NCBI GenBank assembly: GCA_963791045.1
Contig: CAWBQK010000006.1
Location: forward strand, 160,001-224,000
Direction of reading: 5' to 3'
Origin: Candidatus Latescibacterota bacterium
GTDB taxonomy: Bacteria > Krumholzibacteriota > Krumholzibacteriia > WVZY01
DNA length: 64,000 nt
The position numbers and the translations under genes were made by a program. The notes under the pieces are model-generated. The model ran no database searches. It was not told the origin of the DNA and saw nothing but the letters and a program-made list of their open reading frames with translations. This document shows, piece by piece, positions 37,166-48,800 of this stretch (within the stretch, counting starts at the first letter, position 1; each line of letters starts with the position of its first letter).

Positions 37166-39850
37166 TCATTCTATGCACACACGGAAACCAATGTACGCCT
37201 TCCGCGGTTCGGCGTGCGCCGAGCGTTTGTCGCGCGAAGACACCGCCGTCAGGCCCATCGCTTCTCCTTTGTCGCCGTTTACGGCCCACTCGGCGACATT
37301 GCCGCCGAGATCGTATATGCCCGCGTCACCCGCCGGCCGCATCGAACCGACATCTTCAATAAGGAGTCGTGTTGTTTCCAGTTCATCAATCTTGGCGTCG
37401 AGCATCGCCATTTCGTCGGGTGTCGGCGTATACCCGACCCACCTTTCGAGATTGTTCTCGTTGGCCAGGTTCGATTTCGCCAGCTTGATGAGCTTTGACA
37501 TTTCGTCGCTGGTGGGGAGGCGGTAGGTCTGCTCCGTCTTGTCGCTGAGCCACCGGCAGTACGCCACCGCGTCCTCGAAGGAAACGCCGTTGGCCGGGTG
37601 GTTCTCGGTGCCGGGAGCGAGTTCATAATCCGGCTTAAAAGCCTTGTATTGGGCGCGAGTCACTTCGAAGCGGCCGACCTTTAATCCGGCGGCCTCGACG
37701 ATCTCCGGGACGATGAGCCTGTTCTGGCTTTTGCCATAGAGTTCGCCGCTTCGTGCGATCTCCGATTGCTTTATCGAAAGCGCGAGGAGCGACTTGTCAT
37801 CGAAGGCCTCGTTTTCTTCCTCGTAGGAATCAAAGAGATACTTGTCGAGCCAATCGAGTTCCTCCTCCATCTTTCGTTTCTGGTGCGCAAGCTTGCGGGG
37901 GCCGTGTCCCTCACCGGGGAAGAGAAGGAACCGGACCGGTGTCGTGCCGATCTGCTGCATCGCGCGGAAGTGCTCCCAGCCCTGCTCGGTGGGAACCGAG
38001 GTGTCGGCGGATCCGAACATGATTAGCGTCGGCGTCTTCAGGTCGCGCATGCGGAAGAACGGCGATTTTTCAACATAGGTTTCGGGGATATCCCAGGGCG
38101 CGCCGCCAAAATAGGCATTATCGAAGCCTGCGCCGAAGCGGCAGTTGCCGTAATCGCTCGTCCAGTTGACGTCGCCGGCGCCCGCGCTGAGAACCTTGAA
38201 GCGATCCGTGCGGATGCAGGCCTCGATTGCGAGGATCGACCCGTTGCTCCACCCCATGATTCCCTGCCGGTCGGGATCGACGAGGCCACGATCGATCAAG
38301 TGGTCGATGCCGGTGAGGATGTCCGGGACTTCGTACTCGTAGTAGTGTTCTTTTATTGATTCAGCCCACCGGAGCCCGTAATTTCCGCTTCCGTGATAAT
38401 TGACCTGAAAAACAAACGTGCCTTTCGATGAAAGCATGTGCGGGTAGTTGCTCCATCTCTCCGTGAAGAAGTCAGGGTCGACACCCGTCGGGCCGCCGTG
38501 TATAGACGCGACGACGGGATATTTTTTACCCTCTTCATAATCGAGCGGATAGAAGAGAACTCCTTCGACTTCTTCATCGAGCGAACCGGTCCAGCGGACG
38601 ATCTCGGAACGCGCGAGCTTTTTCTTTTTCAGGTGTTTGTTGATTTTTGCGATCTCTTTTTCATCCTTCAACGAGCCTTTTCTTACCGTGGCCGTCATGT
38701 TTTCCGGCACCGTGGAAGCATTGGAGACCGTGTAGACGATTCGGTTGCCGCTTCGCAGTCCGGCCCCGAGTCGGATTGACTTCTTTGTTCCGGATTCAAC
38801 AACGTATCTCTTGCCGACACGCCGACCATCCATTCTGAGATGGACGATTTCGTCCCTGACACCACCGGCAAGCGCGGCGACGATACCGTCTTCGACGACG
38901 ACGTACGTTCTCCCGATTCCGTTGGCGCTGCCCGTTTCCACTCTGGTGAAGACGCCCGTATCTGGTTCAAAATAATAAAGTTCGTTGATGCTTACGTATG
39001 TGTCGGTGGAGTCGCTCGCCAGCGGACGGCGGCAAAAAATCCCCCGCCCTCGACTATCCCATTTGAAATCGAATGCGTCGACGTGGGGCGCGGTGAGAAT
39101 TTCCTTTCGCTCTCCCGTGGTGAAATCCATGAGAAACTGGCGCGGCGGATTTCTGTGATCGTAGGTGTAGTTGACGTCAACATTCTCATTCGTTACCACC
39201 CAACGCCCGTCCGGGGAAATGTCGAATTCCATAATCGCGCCCTGGTTCGAAGTGAGGCGTTTGACCTTTTCATCTTTTACGATGAGTTCGAAGAGCCGCA
39301 CCGGCGGATAGTTTTCCTGATCGGCGACGATCACCGTCGTGTCTTTGGCTTTCTTGAGTTTTTGTTCGCGGAATGTTGAATCCTCGCGCGCCGAGAAGAC
39401 GATTCTGTCGTCGTCACGCCACGCAAAATCACGGACCCCGTTTGACACGCTTGAAATCTTTTTCGGCTCGCCGCCACGGATATCATATAGATAGATTTGG
39501 GTTTTCGCTTTTCCGTGTTGGCTGAGGTAGGCAAGTCTGGAACCATCCGGGGAAAACTTCGGGTTGAGATCGTTCTTTGTCGCCCGCGTAATTTCGAGGA
39601 CGGTTGTATCCTCGGTGCTCGAGAGGAAGATATTCGTTTTCCGTTTGCTCTCTTCCTTGTCCGGCGTTGTTTTGACCCAGACGACCCATTTGCCGTCGGG
39701 CGAGATGTTAAATGCCCCCGCGAATTCGATATTCACGATGTCATCAACCGTGATTGGTTTTGCGTCATCTGCGGCCGATGCATAGCCGGCCGATCCGGCG
39801 GCGAACACGAGAGCGAGTGCAAAAAGAAATGTTGTTGTGGCCCGAATCAT
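37166..39850 (-). CDS. S9 prolyl oligopeptidase family protein with C-terminal FGE-sulfatase-like domain
   Basis: Signal peptide; ISPDG/FSPDG propeller repeats; IHGGP, GWSNG, catalytic D, GEGH; C-terminal FEVT.AQY, YRLPT, YDLGGNVAEW, IGFRV. Confidence 0.9.
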   Translation of the reverse strand: MIRATTTFLFALALVFAAGSAGYASAADDAKPITVDDIVNIEFAGAFNISPDGKWVVWVKTTPDKEESKRKTNIFLSSTEDTTVLEITRATKNDLNPKFSPDGSRLAYLSQHGKAKTQIYLYDIRGGEPKKISSVSNGVRDFAWRDDDRIVFSAREDSTFREQKLKKAKDTTVIVADQENYPPVRLFELIVKDEKVKRLTSNQGAIMEFDISPDGRWVVTNENVDVNYTYDHRNPPRQFLMDFTTGERKEILTAPHVDAFDFKWDSRGRGIFCRRPLASDSTDTYVSINELYYFEPDTGVFTRVETGSANGIGRTYVVVEDGIVAALAGGVRDEIVHLRMDGRRVGKRYVVESGTKKSIRLGAGLRSGNRIVYTVSNASTVPENMTATVRKGSLKDEKEIAKINKHLKKKKLARSEIVRWTGSLDEEVEGVLFYPLDYEEGKKYPVVASIHGGPTGVDPDFFTERWSNYPHMLSSKGTFVFQVNYHGSGNYGLRWAESIKEHYYEYEVPDILTGIDHLIDRGLVDPDRQGIMGWSNGSILAIEACIRTDRFKVLSAGAGDVNWTSDYGNCRFGAGFDNAYFGGAPWDIPETYVEKSPFFRMRDLKTPTLIMFGSADTSVPTEQGWEHFRAMQQIGTTPVRFLLFPGEGHGPRKLAHQKRKMEEELDWLDKYLFDSYEEENEAFDDKSLLALSIKQSEIARSGELYGKSQNRLIVPEIVEAAGLKVGRFEVTRAQYKAFKPDYELAPGTENHPANGVSFEDAVAYCRWLSDKTEQTYRLPTSDEMSKLIKLAKSNLANENNLERWVGYTPTPDEMAMLDAKIDELETTRLLIEDVGSMRPAGDAGIYDLGGNVAEWAVNGDKGEAMGLTAVSSRDKRSAHAEPRKAYIGFRVCIE

Positions 39851-40035
39851 GGATCCTCCCGGGAAGTGGATGGAACGCCCCACCTTTTCTCTGTGATGGT
39901 TCGAATTATTGAGTGTAACCGCGAATCGCCCCGGTTTGAAGCGAGATCTTGAGATCGAGGCGCTCGTGTTTTGTGATACACTCGGCCGAACCCCGGTGAC
40001 GCCTGGATCATTTTGACGCCATTGGATGATAACGA

Positions 40036-40956
40036 ATGAAAATAAAGGAATGGGCCGTATTTCTAACACTCACCTTTATCTGGGGTGCGTCGTTCCTGTG
40101 GATCAAGATCGCCGTCGCGGAAATCGATCCGTTTTCGCTCGTGGCATTCAGGTTGACACTTGGGATTCTCGGTCTTGTCGTTTTCTTCGCGTTCAAGAAA
40201 CCGCCCATCCCGCGGGAATTTCGTGTATGGGTATCGCTCGCCGTTTTGGGGCTTTTGAGTTCGGCGATTCCGTGGGTTTTGATCTCGTGGGCGGAAACGT
40301 CGATCGATTCGGCGATCGCCGGTGTCCTCAACGGAACGGTTCCTCTTTTTACGATCCTCATCGCGCACTTTTTTCTCCACGACGACAGAATGACGTTTCA
40401 AAGGATTACGGGCCTTCTCCTGGGGTTCGCCGGCGTTGTGGTGTTGACGCAGCGTGACGGGGGGCTCGCGAACCTTTTTGCGGAGGGGGGGATCAGCCGG
40501 AATCTCATCGGCCAGGGGGCGATGCTCCTTTCCTCGTTGTCGTACGCGGTGAGCGGAGTCCACGCCCGCCGGAATCTCCGCAATGTGAGTCCGCTGGTTC
40601 AGGCGTTTTTCTCCATGGTGTTTGCGCTCGTTGCGATACTTTGTGTCATTCCATTGATGGGAGGTACGCTGGTTATTCCGTCGCAGACGGATACGTGGGT
40701 GGCGCTAATCTGGTTGGGGGTTCTTGGGGCCGGTATCGCATCGTTCATTTTTTACTATCTGCTCCATGCCGTTGGCCCCACGCGCGCGTCGCTGGTGACG
40801 TATACGCTTCCAGTTGTGAGCGTTACGCTTGGTGTGATAGTGTTGAAAGAGAGGCTTGATTGGTGGCTTTTGGCAGGGTCACTCCTCATTGTATCGGGTG
40901 TATGGGTCGTCAACAGGCGCCGCAGAGTTAAGCCGGTTGCTCTCTCAAAGTCGTAG
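40036..40956 (+). CDS. EamA/DMT family transporter
   Basis: WGASF, about 10 TM helices, PVVSV.LG..VLKE. Confidence 0.92.
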   Translation: MKIKEWAVFLTLTFIWGASFLWIKIAVAEIDPFSLVAFRLTLGILGLVVFFAFKKPPIPREFRVWVSLAVLGLLSSAIPWVLISWAETSIDSAIAGVLNGTVPLFTILIAHFFLHDDRMTFQRITGLLLGFAGVVVLTQRDGGLANLFAEGGISRNLIGQGAMLLSSLSYAVSGVHARRNLRNVSPLVQAFFSMVFALVAILCVIPLMGGTLVIPSQTDTWVALIWLGVLGAGIASFIFYYLLHAVGPTRASLVTYTLPVVSVTLGVIVLKERLDWWLLAGSLLIVSGVWVVNRRRRVKPVALSKS

Positions 40957-40975
40957 TCGAAGGAGGGTTCGAAAG

Positions 40976-41470
40976 GTGATGGGACGCAATAGCAGGATCG
41001 GACGAATCGGGATGCTTCTGGCGCTGATTGTAGTGATGATGGGGTGTACCGGCACGCGCCACAAGGACCGGTTCAAGTGGGACACAATCATTGCCACGAT
41101 CATCAAGCAAAAGGAAACAACCGGTGATTCGACGTTTCTCGATGTTCGGCGAGTCATGCCATTCGGGTGGGAAACCCTCTATGTTTTTCCGCCGCACACA
41201 CCGCTCAATTATATCGAACAAACGTTGGGATTCAAGTGGGGGAAATCAAAAGACACGCGGATCGACGAGCGCGAAGATATTACGTTGCTCGTATTCGTGA
41301 CGGGGCAAACCGTAAGCGAATACGTCGAGCATCCGCGTTCGAAGGGCGATTTTTCGATGTTAAAGGCCGCGTACGCTTACACCCCGGACGAGGCATATTT
41401 CGAGGTCATTGTCAAACCTGGCGAGGGAAAGCCGTTGTTTGTTTTCGAAGAGGCGGAGCGCCCTCGCTGA
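40976..41470 (+). CDS. Hypothetical lipoprotein
   Basis: GGAGG RBS; lipobox MMGC; PFGWETLYVFPP segment. Confidence 0.65.
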   Translation: MMGRNSRIGRIGMLLALIVVMMGCTGTRHKDRFKWDTIIATIIKQKETTGDSTFLDVRRVMPFGWETLYVFPPHTPLNYIEQTLGFKWGKSKDTRIDEREDITLLVFVTGQTVSEYVEHPRSKGDFSMLKAAYAYTPDEAYFEVIVKPGEGKPLFVFEEAERPR

Positions 41471-41505
41471 CGCCCGTTTCCAGTGCGCCACTCCAACGCC
41501 AAAGC

Positions 41506-43145
41506 CTAGTCCAGAAGCTCTTCTTGTGATTCGGCATCGCCCCAGGTTTCCAGTTTGAACTGCCCGGGCCGTGTTTCGATAACCTGCCGGAACCACGGGT
41601 CGGGGTACCCCATTTCTTCGGGTCTCCCCTTCTCGTTCTGCACATACCCATCGTTGTATTTGGTGATGAGATACTCGCCGAGACGCTTCCATCGTTCGAC
41701 GACCATTTCTCCCTGCGTCATCGAATAGTTCGTCAGATAGCGTGTCAGAAGCTCGGGATCCTTTTTTGAAAGCTCAACCGCGGTTTTTTCAAAGGACGGT
41801 TGAAGCGAAAGGAACGAACCTTCGATCTCCGATTGAACCCCGCGTATGTCTTCGATCATGTACGAGTACTTGAGATTTGCGAAGTTTGCGACAAAGTTGA
41901 ACACCCACCACGCCGAATCCCACGAAAATTTCCGCAAACTGCCCGTGGCAAACGATGGAGGGATATCGTCGATCCCGCAATAGAGCGGGAAGTAGCAGGT
42001 CGTGTAGGTGTCATCGACCCCATACCAGAGCAGGCCGCCCACCGCATCGGGGAGCCATGATCGCGACTGCGAAACATACGAAAAACCCGTTTGCTGTGTG
42101 GAGATGGGCCGTTCCCACGCGTGTTTCGCTCCGTCGACCTCCCATGTGATCGGACGCCAGCGGTTGGGAGTGCCGTATGGCCCCGCGTCGACTCCCTGTG
42201 TCATATCGAAATCAGTTCCTTCATAGTGGTCGCGCATAAGCGAGAACACATCGCCGACCGAAATCTTTTTGTCGGGTTTGATCCAGAGAGGGTATGGGTC
42301 GGCTCCAACCACACCGCGGTGATAGTCGGAAGAGAGTTCCATCGAAGGCGCCGCTCGCCTGAAAAGGCTCCACACACGTGTCGACGCATATCGGAGCATC
42401 TCGGGATGCGGCGGGTTATAAGCGTCCTTGAAACTGAACGGTTTCCCGGATTCCGGGTCGTAGTAGCCCTTCTCGATGGCAAACGAAATCACGTTCTCCG
42501 AGTAGAGGCAGTTCTTTTTGTCGTCGAGCGGAAACTCGCCGATTCGCGACATGTTGGCGTGCGCGCACACATACCCGTCGGGATACGCCGGGCGACCCAC
42601 TGCGCGCCTTTTCCACCCGGTCCCGGTCCGATGATTTCAAGAAGCCACGCTTCATCAGGGTCGGCGATAGATATCGATTCTCCGGTGCTCCGGTACCCGT
42701 ATTCGTTGACAAGATCAGTCATCACTTCGATGGCTTCGCGGGCTGTTTTGGCGCGCTGCAGGCCCAACTGCATCAGGTGCCAGTAGTGAAGAAGCCCATC
42801 GGGGTTCTCGAGCTCGCTTCGTCCGCCGAAGGTTGTTTCGCCGATCACAAGCTGATGCTCGTTCATCAGGTATGCGACAGAGTTGGAGCGTTTGACCTCT
42901 GGGACGGTTCCTCGCACATTCCCGCTCCAGTCCTTGATTTCATACACGGCGCCGGGTTCGTGATCCGCGGCGGGCGTGTATCTCAGGCGCGGATGGAATT
43001 CGCCATCACATGTATAGGTGATCATTACCGATCCATCGGCCGAAGCCCCTTTGGTCACGATCAGGTTTGTGCAGGCGGCGGCTGGGTTTGCCGCGAACGC
43101 GAGTGCCGACATGACCAGAACAAAGATTAACGCTGTTGACTTCAT
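41506..43145 (-). CDS. C69 family dipeptidase (one apparent frameshift near 42590)
   Basis: Signal peptide then nucleophile ACTNL; MNEHQLVIGETT, GESISIAD, HAN.SRI, RDHYEG, ERPIS. Confidence 0.9.
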
Positions 43146-43249
43146 GTCCCCTCCATCGGATGCGAAACCGAGTGTTTCTTGAAGCGCGGGTGATAGATTT
43201 GGGTTATACTACTGGGCAACAGCATACGACAAAATTAAGGAGTCATCAA

Positions 43250-45484
43250 ATGTTCAATCCTGCCGACACATGGAAGCGCTCGCGCGGCATCGCGTTCATC
43301 GGCAATTATCTTCCCCGAGTTTGCGGCATCGCCACATTCACATATGATCTCGCGGAGGCGGTGGCCAAGCAGGCGGGGAAGGATCAGCCCGTGATCGTCG
43401 CCGCGATGAATAACAATACAGAAGGCTATAATTATCCCGACAGAGTCAAATTCGAAATCCGGCAGGATCATCAGCTCGACTATTCACGCGCCGCGGACTT
43501 TTTGAATTTCAGCACGATAGACGTCGTATGTCTTCAGCACGAGTACGGCATTTTTGGCGGAGAATGGGGCTCGAATCTGCTTTCTCTTATTCGGGATCTC
43601 GACCGGCCGCTCGTGATGACCTGTCACACGGTGATAAAGGAAGTGGACCCGTTTCAGAAGAAAGTGTTCAAGGAGCTCACAGCCCGCGCTGCCAAGGTTG
43701 TTGTGATGAGCGAGAAAGCGGTTGGATTTCTCGAGGATATCTACGATGTGGACAGCGATAAGATCGCACTCATACCGCACGGAATCCATGACGTTCCCTT
43801 TATCGATCCGAACTACTATAAGGACAAGTTTGGAGTAGAGGGCCGGCAAATGCTCCTTACATTCGGTCTTCTTCATCAGAACAAGGGGATCGAGTATATG
43901 ATCGAGGCGCTGCCCGCGGTCGTCGAGCGCCATCCGCTGACCACATACCTTGTTCTTGGAATGACTCATCCCTCTGTTATCGAGAAAGAGGGAGAGTCAT
44001 ACCGGCTCAGTCTCCAACGCCGGGTGCGCGATCTCGGTCTCGAGGACCACGTGCTTTTTCATCCGCGGTTTGTCGAGCTCGACGAGCTTCTCGAGTACAT
44101 CGGGGCGTCGGACATTTGCGTGACGCCGTATCTCGCGATGGAACAAATCACGAGCGGCGCGTTATCATATGCTATGGGAAGTGGAAAGGCCGTAATTTCG
44201 ACGCCTTACTGGCATGCAGAAGAGCTTCTCGGCGACGGTCGCGGCCGTCTTGTGCCCCCTGAGGATTCCGCGGCCCTGTCAAAAGAAATCCTGTCGCTTC
44301 TCGACAATCCAATCGATCTCAACGCGATGCGAAAGCGGGCATACCAGTACTGCCGCACCATGACGTGGTCATCCACGGCGGGGCAATATTTAAAACTGTT
44401 TGACGAAGTCCGGAGCCGGATTTCGAGATCGGTGCCGACGGCGTCGGCGATGGCGCGGCCGCTTGCCGCCACCAACCTCCCGCTTCCCAAACTGGATCAT
44501 CTCGTTCGATTGAGCGACGACACGGGTCCCGCGCACCACGCACGACACGCCGTAGCGGACTGGCGTTACGGGTATCGGATGGAGGACGCCGCTGCGACAC
44601 TCGTCGTGTCAGTCAAACACCGGACGCAATTCGCCGATGCCAGCGCGGTTCGTCTGGCGGAAACAAGTCTTGGGCTTCTCCAGGTTCTTATTGGTGACGG
44701 CAAGAATCCATCCGAGGGTCTCGATTACGCAAGAAATACAATGGGGCGGGCATCGCAGGAATCGATCGGAAAGGCGATCTGGGCGCTCGGGTACGTCGTT
44801 AGTCAGGAGGACGCGGTTCTGGCCCCGGCGGCCAATGATATTCTGCAGAGTCTGCTTCCGCAAACGGAGATCAATAGTTTGAGGGGCGCCGGTTACGCGG
44901 TCCTCGGCGCGAGCAATTATCTGGCGCATTATCCGGGCGCGTCGGACGTAAGGCGTTTTCTGGAACGGCAGGCGGCCATCCTCGTTTCGGGCTGCGAATC
45001 TGAAGATTGGGTTCGAGCATGGAGCGACACCGACTGGCCGGTTGCATTGCAGGCGCTCACCGTGGCCGCATCGGTTCTGGGACGCGAAGAAATGAAAGTC
45101 CTGTCGCATATTCTTACCGATAAACTGTTGGAGGTCACGTCCGGCGGAACCGTGTTTCTGCGGCTGGGTGAGAATCCCGACGAAGAGGAAACTCCGATAA
45201 CGGCGGCCGCATTCATCGAAGCGCTCGGCGCCGTTTTCTATGCCGAACGAGACAGGGAACTGTTGTATCCGATTCGTGCCGCTGCCGACTGGTTCCTGGG
45301 AGATAACCGAAAAAGAGAAGCGCTCTACGAGTTTTCGACGGGCGGCTGCCACGATGCGGTGACGGCGTCGGGATTGAACCGTAATCAGGGAACCGAAGCG
45401 ACTGTTTTCTGCCTGCTCGCTTTCACTACTCTCCACCGGCTCGCCGGGATCGACGCGGCGACCGAAGCCGACAGCACCAACTAA
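43250..45484 (+). CDS. GT4 glycosyltransferase fused to an alpha/alpha-toroid-like C-terminal domain
   Basis: PRVCGIATF, LQHEYGIFGG, IPHG, TFGLL..NKGIE, QITSGAL, STPYW; C-terminal LDHL..DDTG, WFLG.N, GGCHD, NQGTE; AAGGAG RBS. Confidence 0.88.
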   Translation: MFNPADTWKRSRGIAFIGNYLPRVCGIATFTYDLAEAVAKQAGKDQPVIVAAMNNNTEGYNYPDRVKFEIRQDHQLDYSRAADFLNFSTIDVVCLQHEYGIFGGEWGSNLLSLIRDLDRPLVMTCHTVIKEVDPFQKKVFKELTARAAKVVVMSEKAVGFLEDIYDVDSDKIALIPHGIHDVPFIDPNYYKDKFGVEGRQMLLTFGLLHQNKGIEYMIEALPAVVERHPLTTYLVLGMTHPSVIEKEGESYRLSLQRRVRDLGLEDHVLFHPRFVELDELLEYIGASDICVTPYLAMEQITSGALSYAMGSGKAVISTPYWHAEELLGDGRGRLVPPEDSAALSKEILSLLDNPIDLNAMRKRAYQYCRTMTWSSTAGQYLKLFDEVRSRISRSVPTASAMARPLAATNLPLPKLDHLVRLSDDTGPAHHARHAVADWRYGYRMEDAAATLVVSVKHRTQFADASAVRLAETSLGLLQVLIGDGKNPSEGLDYARNTMGRASQESIGKAIWALGYVVSQEDAVLAPAANDILQSLLPQTEINSLRGAGYAVLGASNYLAHYPGASDVRRFLERQAAILVSGCESEDWVRAWSDTDWPVALQALTVAASVLGREEMKVLSHILTDKLLEVTSGGTVFLRLGENPDEEETPITAAAFIEALGAVFYAERDRELLYPIRAAADWFLGDNRKREALYEFSTGGCHDAVTASGLNRNQGTEATVFCLLAFTTLHRLAGIDAATEADSTN

Positions 45485-45633
45485 TTTCAATACGGCACGG
45501 GTCCTGTCATCGGTCACCCCGCGCTTGCTCGCTTACGAGCGCGGAGTCACGAGGTATGACGACCTCTGCGACTGCTGCGAACGCTCGACGTGCGCGGGGG
45601 CCCACCGAGCCACCCGTGCCTGCTCTTGATGAG

Positions 45634-45784
45634 GACGGTGCGGTCTTCGAAAGCCCTTTCGCGGGAGCGAGGGAGGATCCACCGTCGGCGGAGCCGGCGG
45701 TTAGCGACCACCGGGAATCAGGCGGAACAATCGTGATCCGCCTGGCGACCGAAGCGGAGCGAGGGCCAGAAAGACCGCACCGTC
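45634..45784. repeat. MITE/REP-like intergenic repeat, copy 2
   Basis: Perfect 14-bp TIRs GACGGTGCGGTCTT / AAGACCGCACCGTC; homologous to 1873-1986 with an extra internal hairpin. Confidence 0.82.
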
Positions 45785-45833
45785 TGAATTGGGACAATCG
45801 GCGAGGGAACCCGTGCCGGGGGCCAATTTCGCG

Positions 45834-48800
45834 TTACTTGTCGTTGAGTGTCGGGACGAGATCCCGGAGGCGCCCTTTCGCGACGCCAATCGCCGTATCG
45901 GCGGCGCCGTAATAGACGAAGATCTCGTCATCCAGATCGATGATTTCCTTGTCGACGGCGGGCACCGCGCCGCAGGTAAACACCACGTGAGGAACCCAGA
46001 AGTCGCCGTTGCCCGTGCCGCCGATCTCAAAATCGATTTCCGGTTCGAGGATCGGGTTGGGCGACTGGTAGATGCACGTTTGAAGGATCTTCGAGATCCA
46101 TAAACAGTACGCCCAGACGGTACGACCGTTCGTAATCCACGCCGTGATAGATATTGAGCCACCCGTGCGTGGTCTTTATCGGCTGGCGCTCCCGCGCCGA
46201 CCTTCACGCCGTCCCACATCATCCCCGGCCGCGGGCCCGGTGACGATTTTTTGACCGGTTCGCGGCCATGGACAGTTCAGGTCGTCGAGATACGAGATCC
46301 ACATGTTCGGGTCGATTCGGTGGTAGATGACATAGCGTTCGTCGAACTTCTCGGGGTAAAGCACGGCGTCCTTGTTCGGCAGCCCCGGGAAACCCAGCCC
46401 GTGCCGTTGCCATTTCTCAAAATCGTGTTTTAGAAACGACTCGACGGGAATCGAAGCCATCGCTATCTGTGCCAACTTTTTGTCCCACGCGGTGTAGAGC
46501 ATGTACATCCGTCGCCGATGATCGTGACACGAGGATCTTCCGTTCCCCATTTCTCTGTGTCGTACTCAGCATATTGGCGTCGGGGGAGAAAATCGGATCC
46601 GTGAGGCGGCCCTCAATAGTGAACCCCGTCTTTTGTCCAGGCAAGACCGACACGTGAAATCTCATCGTCGCCGAATGCCCGGTAGAGAATATAGATTGTG
46701 CCGTCTATGCGGACGACCGCCGCATTGAGAACATAACGAGATTCCCAGTAGTGATCGGCGATGGGTTCGAGAATTGGACCTTCCACCGGTCGTACGAGCT
46801 TGCCGGCCGCTTTCGGAATGGCATCGAGCGCCTGGCGGACCACGATCTCGTCGGGATCCGCCGTAACACCGAGAAGTTCGTCGCGAAGGTTTTCAGACTC
46901 GCGGCCTTCGCCAATCATCTCGACAATCTTGTCGTCGATCGTCTCTTCGTCGCCCAGGCCCGACTTGGTAAGGTACGATTCAAGAAAGTCCCGAGTCGCC
47001 CAATCGCGTTCAACCAGCGAGGAGAGCGGCGTCGGAGCGCCAAAGCCGCCGCGGCTGCTGTAACTCGTCCATGTCCATGCGGAAAGCGGGACAAACGTGG
47101 CGTCGGGGAGCGTGATCGACAGGTGGTACGATTCCGCGACCGCTTTCAGGAGGCGCGCCGGTTCTTCGGTCGCCGAATCCTGAGCGAGTTTTTCGGCAAG
47201 CCGGGCGAGCCGATCACGGACGACGCGCTGCTGCTGAGTTTTCAAAAGCGTTGTGGGCGCTCAGAACATGACGGCCCCAATGACCGCGCACGGACGCGAC
47301 AGGCGTTGGGCGAAATCACTCTTTTCGACCGCATACCTTTGCCAGATATTTGAGAACTGTTCCGCCCCGACAATGGTCTTGGCCAGGCTCAACATGAACC
47401 AAAGCTTTGGATACTCACCGCCCCAGCCCTTCTGCATCGAACCGACCATCACGCGCCCGGCGAGTCGCGCCAGCGCGGTGATACCGCGAAGCTCGGTGAG
47501 GTTCGTCATGCGGTTCAGGTCAACGACCACCGATTCGAGCGGCGCGAGATGGAACCACGATCGATCACCGTCCTTCTCGATGATGTCCAGGATCTGCTCG
47601 AGATAAAGCTGGCGGTCGGTCCACGACGCCATCCCGAGCGCGTTGTTGGGCTCCATCTCCTGGAGCAGACCACCAACGTTTCGACAGCCGAGCTGCATGA
47701 TGAGGTTTCGCGGTGGCGCCTGTTTCAGGATCTTCTCGGCGATTTCCGGTTTGAGCTGAAACGTCATTCCGCGATCGAAACCGTCGTCAGCTCCGTTTCC
47801 GGCTGGAGCGGTTCCGTCGGCGAAAGCGGAAAACACGTCATCGGTCATCCGGCGCGTGCCCTCAACCGTGGCGAGATCGTACGGGTAGAGACTCGTGTCA
47901 AAAGACCAGTTGAGATTGTTCATCAGTCCCTGGACGCGGGACAGGATCTCGGAGGATGAGGCGACCTTTTTGAGCCCCAGATGTTTACGGAGAAAACGCG
48001 TGAATTCCCGCCGGTACCGTTCGATTTGTTTGAGGTACACATCGCGGGCGAAAACAAAATTTCCATCGGCTTTATCGAGTTCTTGCGGGACGATAACTCC
48101 GACGTGTGGCACGAACTCCCAGGCACCCACCATCGGCAGATACGTTGTGCGTTTTTGCCTCGTGATCGAGCCAGTCCTCGCGAAAAGAGGGCCACTCGCT
48201 CACGAACAGATCTGCCTGCCGCTCCACGATTCCTTCGGCATGCTGCCTGATCAGGCCTTCGGCGGTGACCGCGTCGATGCGGTCGGCCGCGAGCAGGTCT
48301 TCTTCCGTCTTTCTGATTTCGATATATAAATCCGGCAATGCGGGCAAGAAAAAGAGGGAAGAGCGCGTCGATGATGTCGTCGGGATGGAATTGCTTTTCA
48401 TATCGGAACGCGATCAGAAATCTGTGAAGGACTTTTATCCAGTCTTTTTCGGTCAGCCCCGTCCCGTTGGGTCCTTCGTCGGCGAGCCGCTCCATCCGAT
48501 GACGGAGTTCGTCGGGGATGATCTCAAAGAGAACGGTGTGATCGAAATGGTTGAATTCGTATTTGAATCGACGGTGGATTTCTTTTGGTTCGATCGACAG
48601 TCGCGGCGTCATTACGTCGATATAAGGCCCGGACACTCTGGGCGCCTCGATGGGGTCCGTGCGTTCGAGCCATTTTTTGCTGTGTCGCACAACCTGGTTG
48701 AAGAGGGCGTGCGTAGCCTGGCGGAAAGCCGGTTTGAGCTTTCCCACTCTGTGTTTGAACGCGGCCGCGCCGAGCGGAACTTCGCATATTACGAGATCCT

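Noticed and set aside
45507-45912. Small ORFs between the GT4 and GH130 genes
   Set aside because: They run through the palindromic repeat element and have no protein-like motifs.
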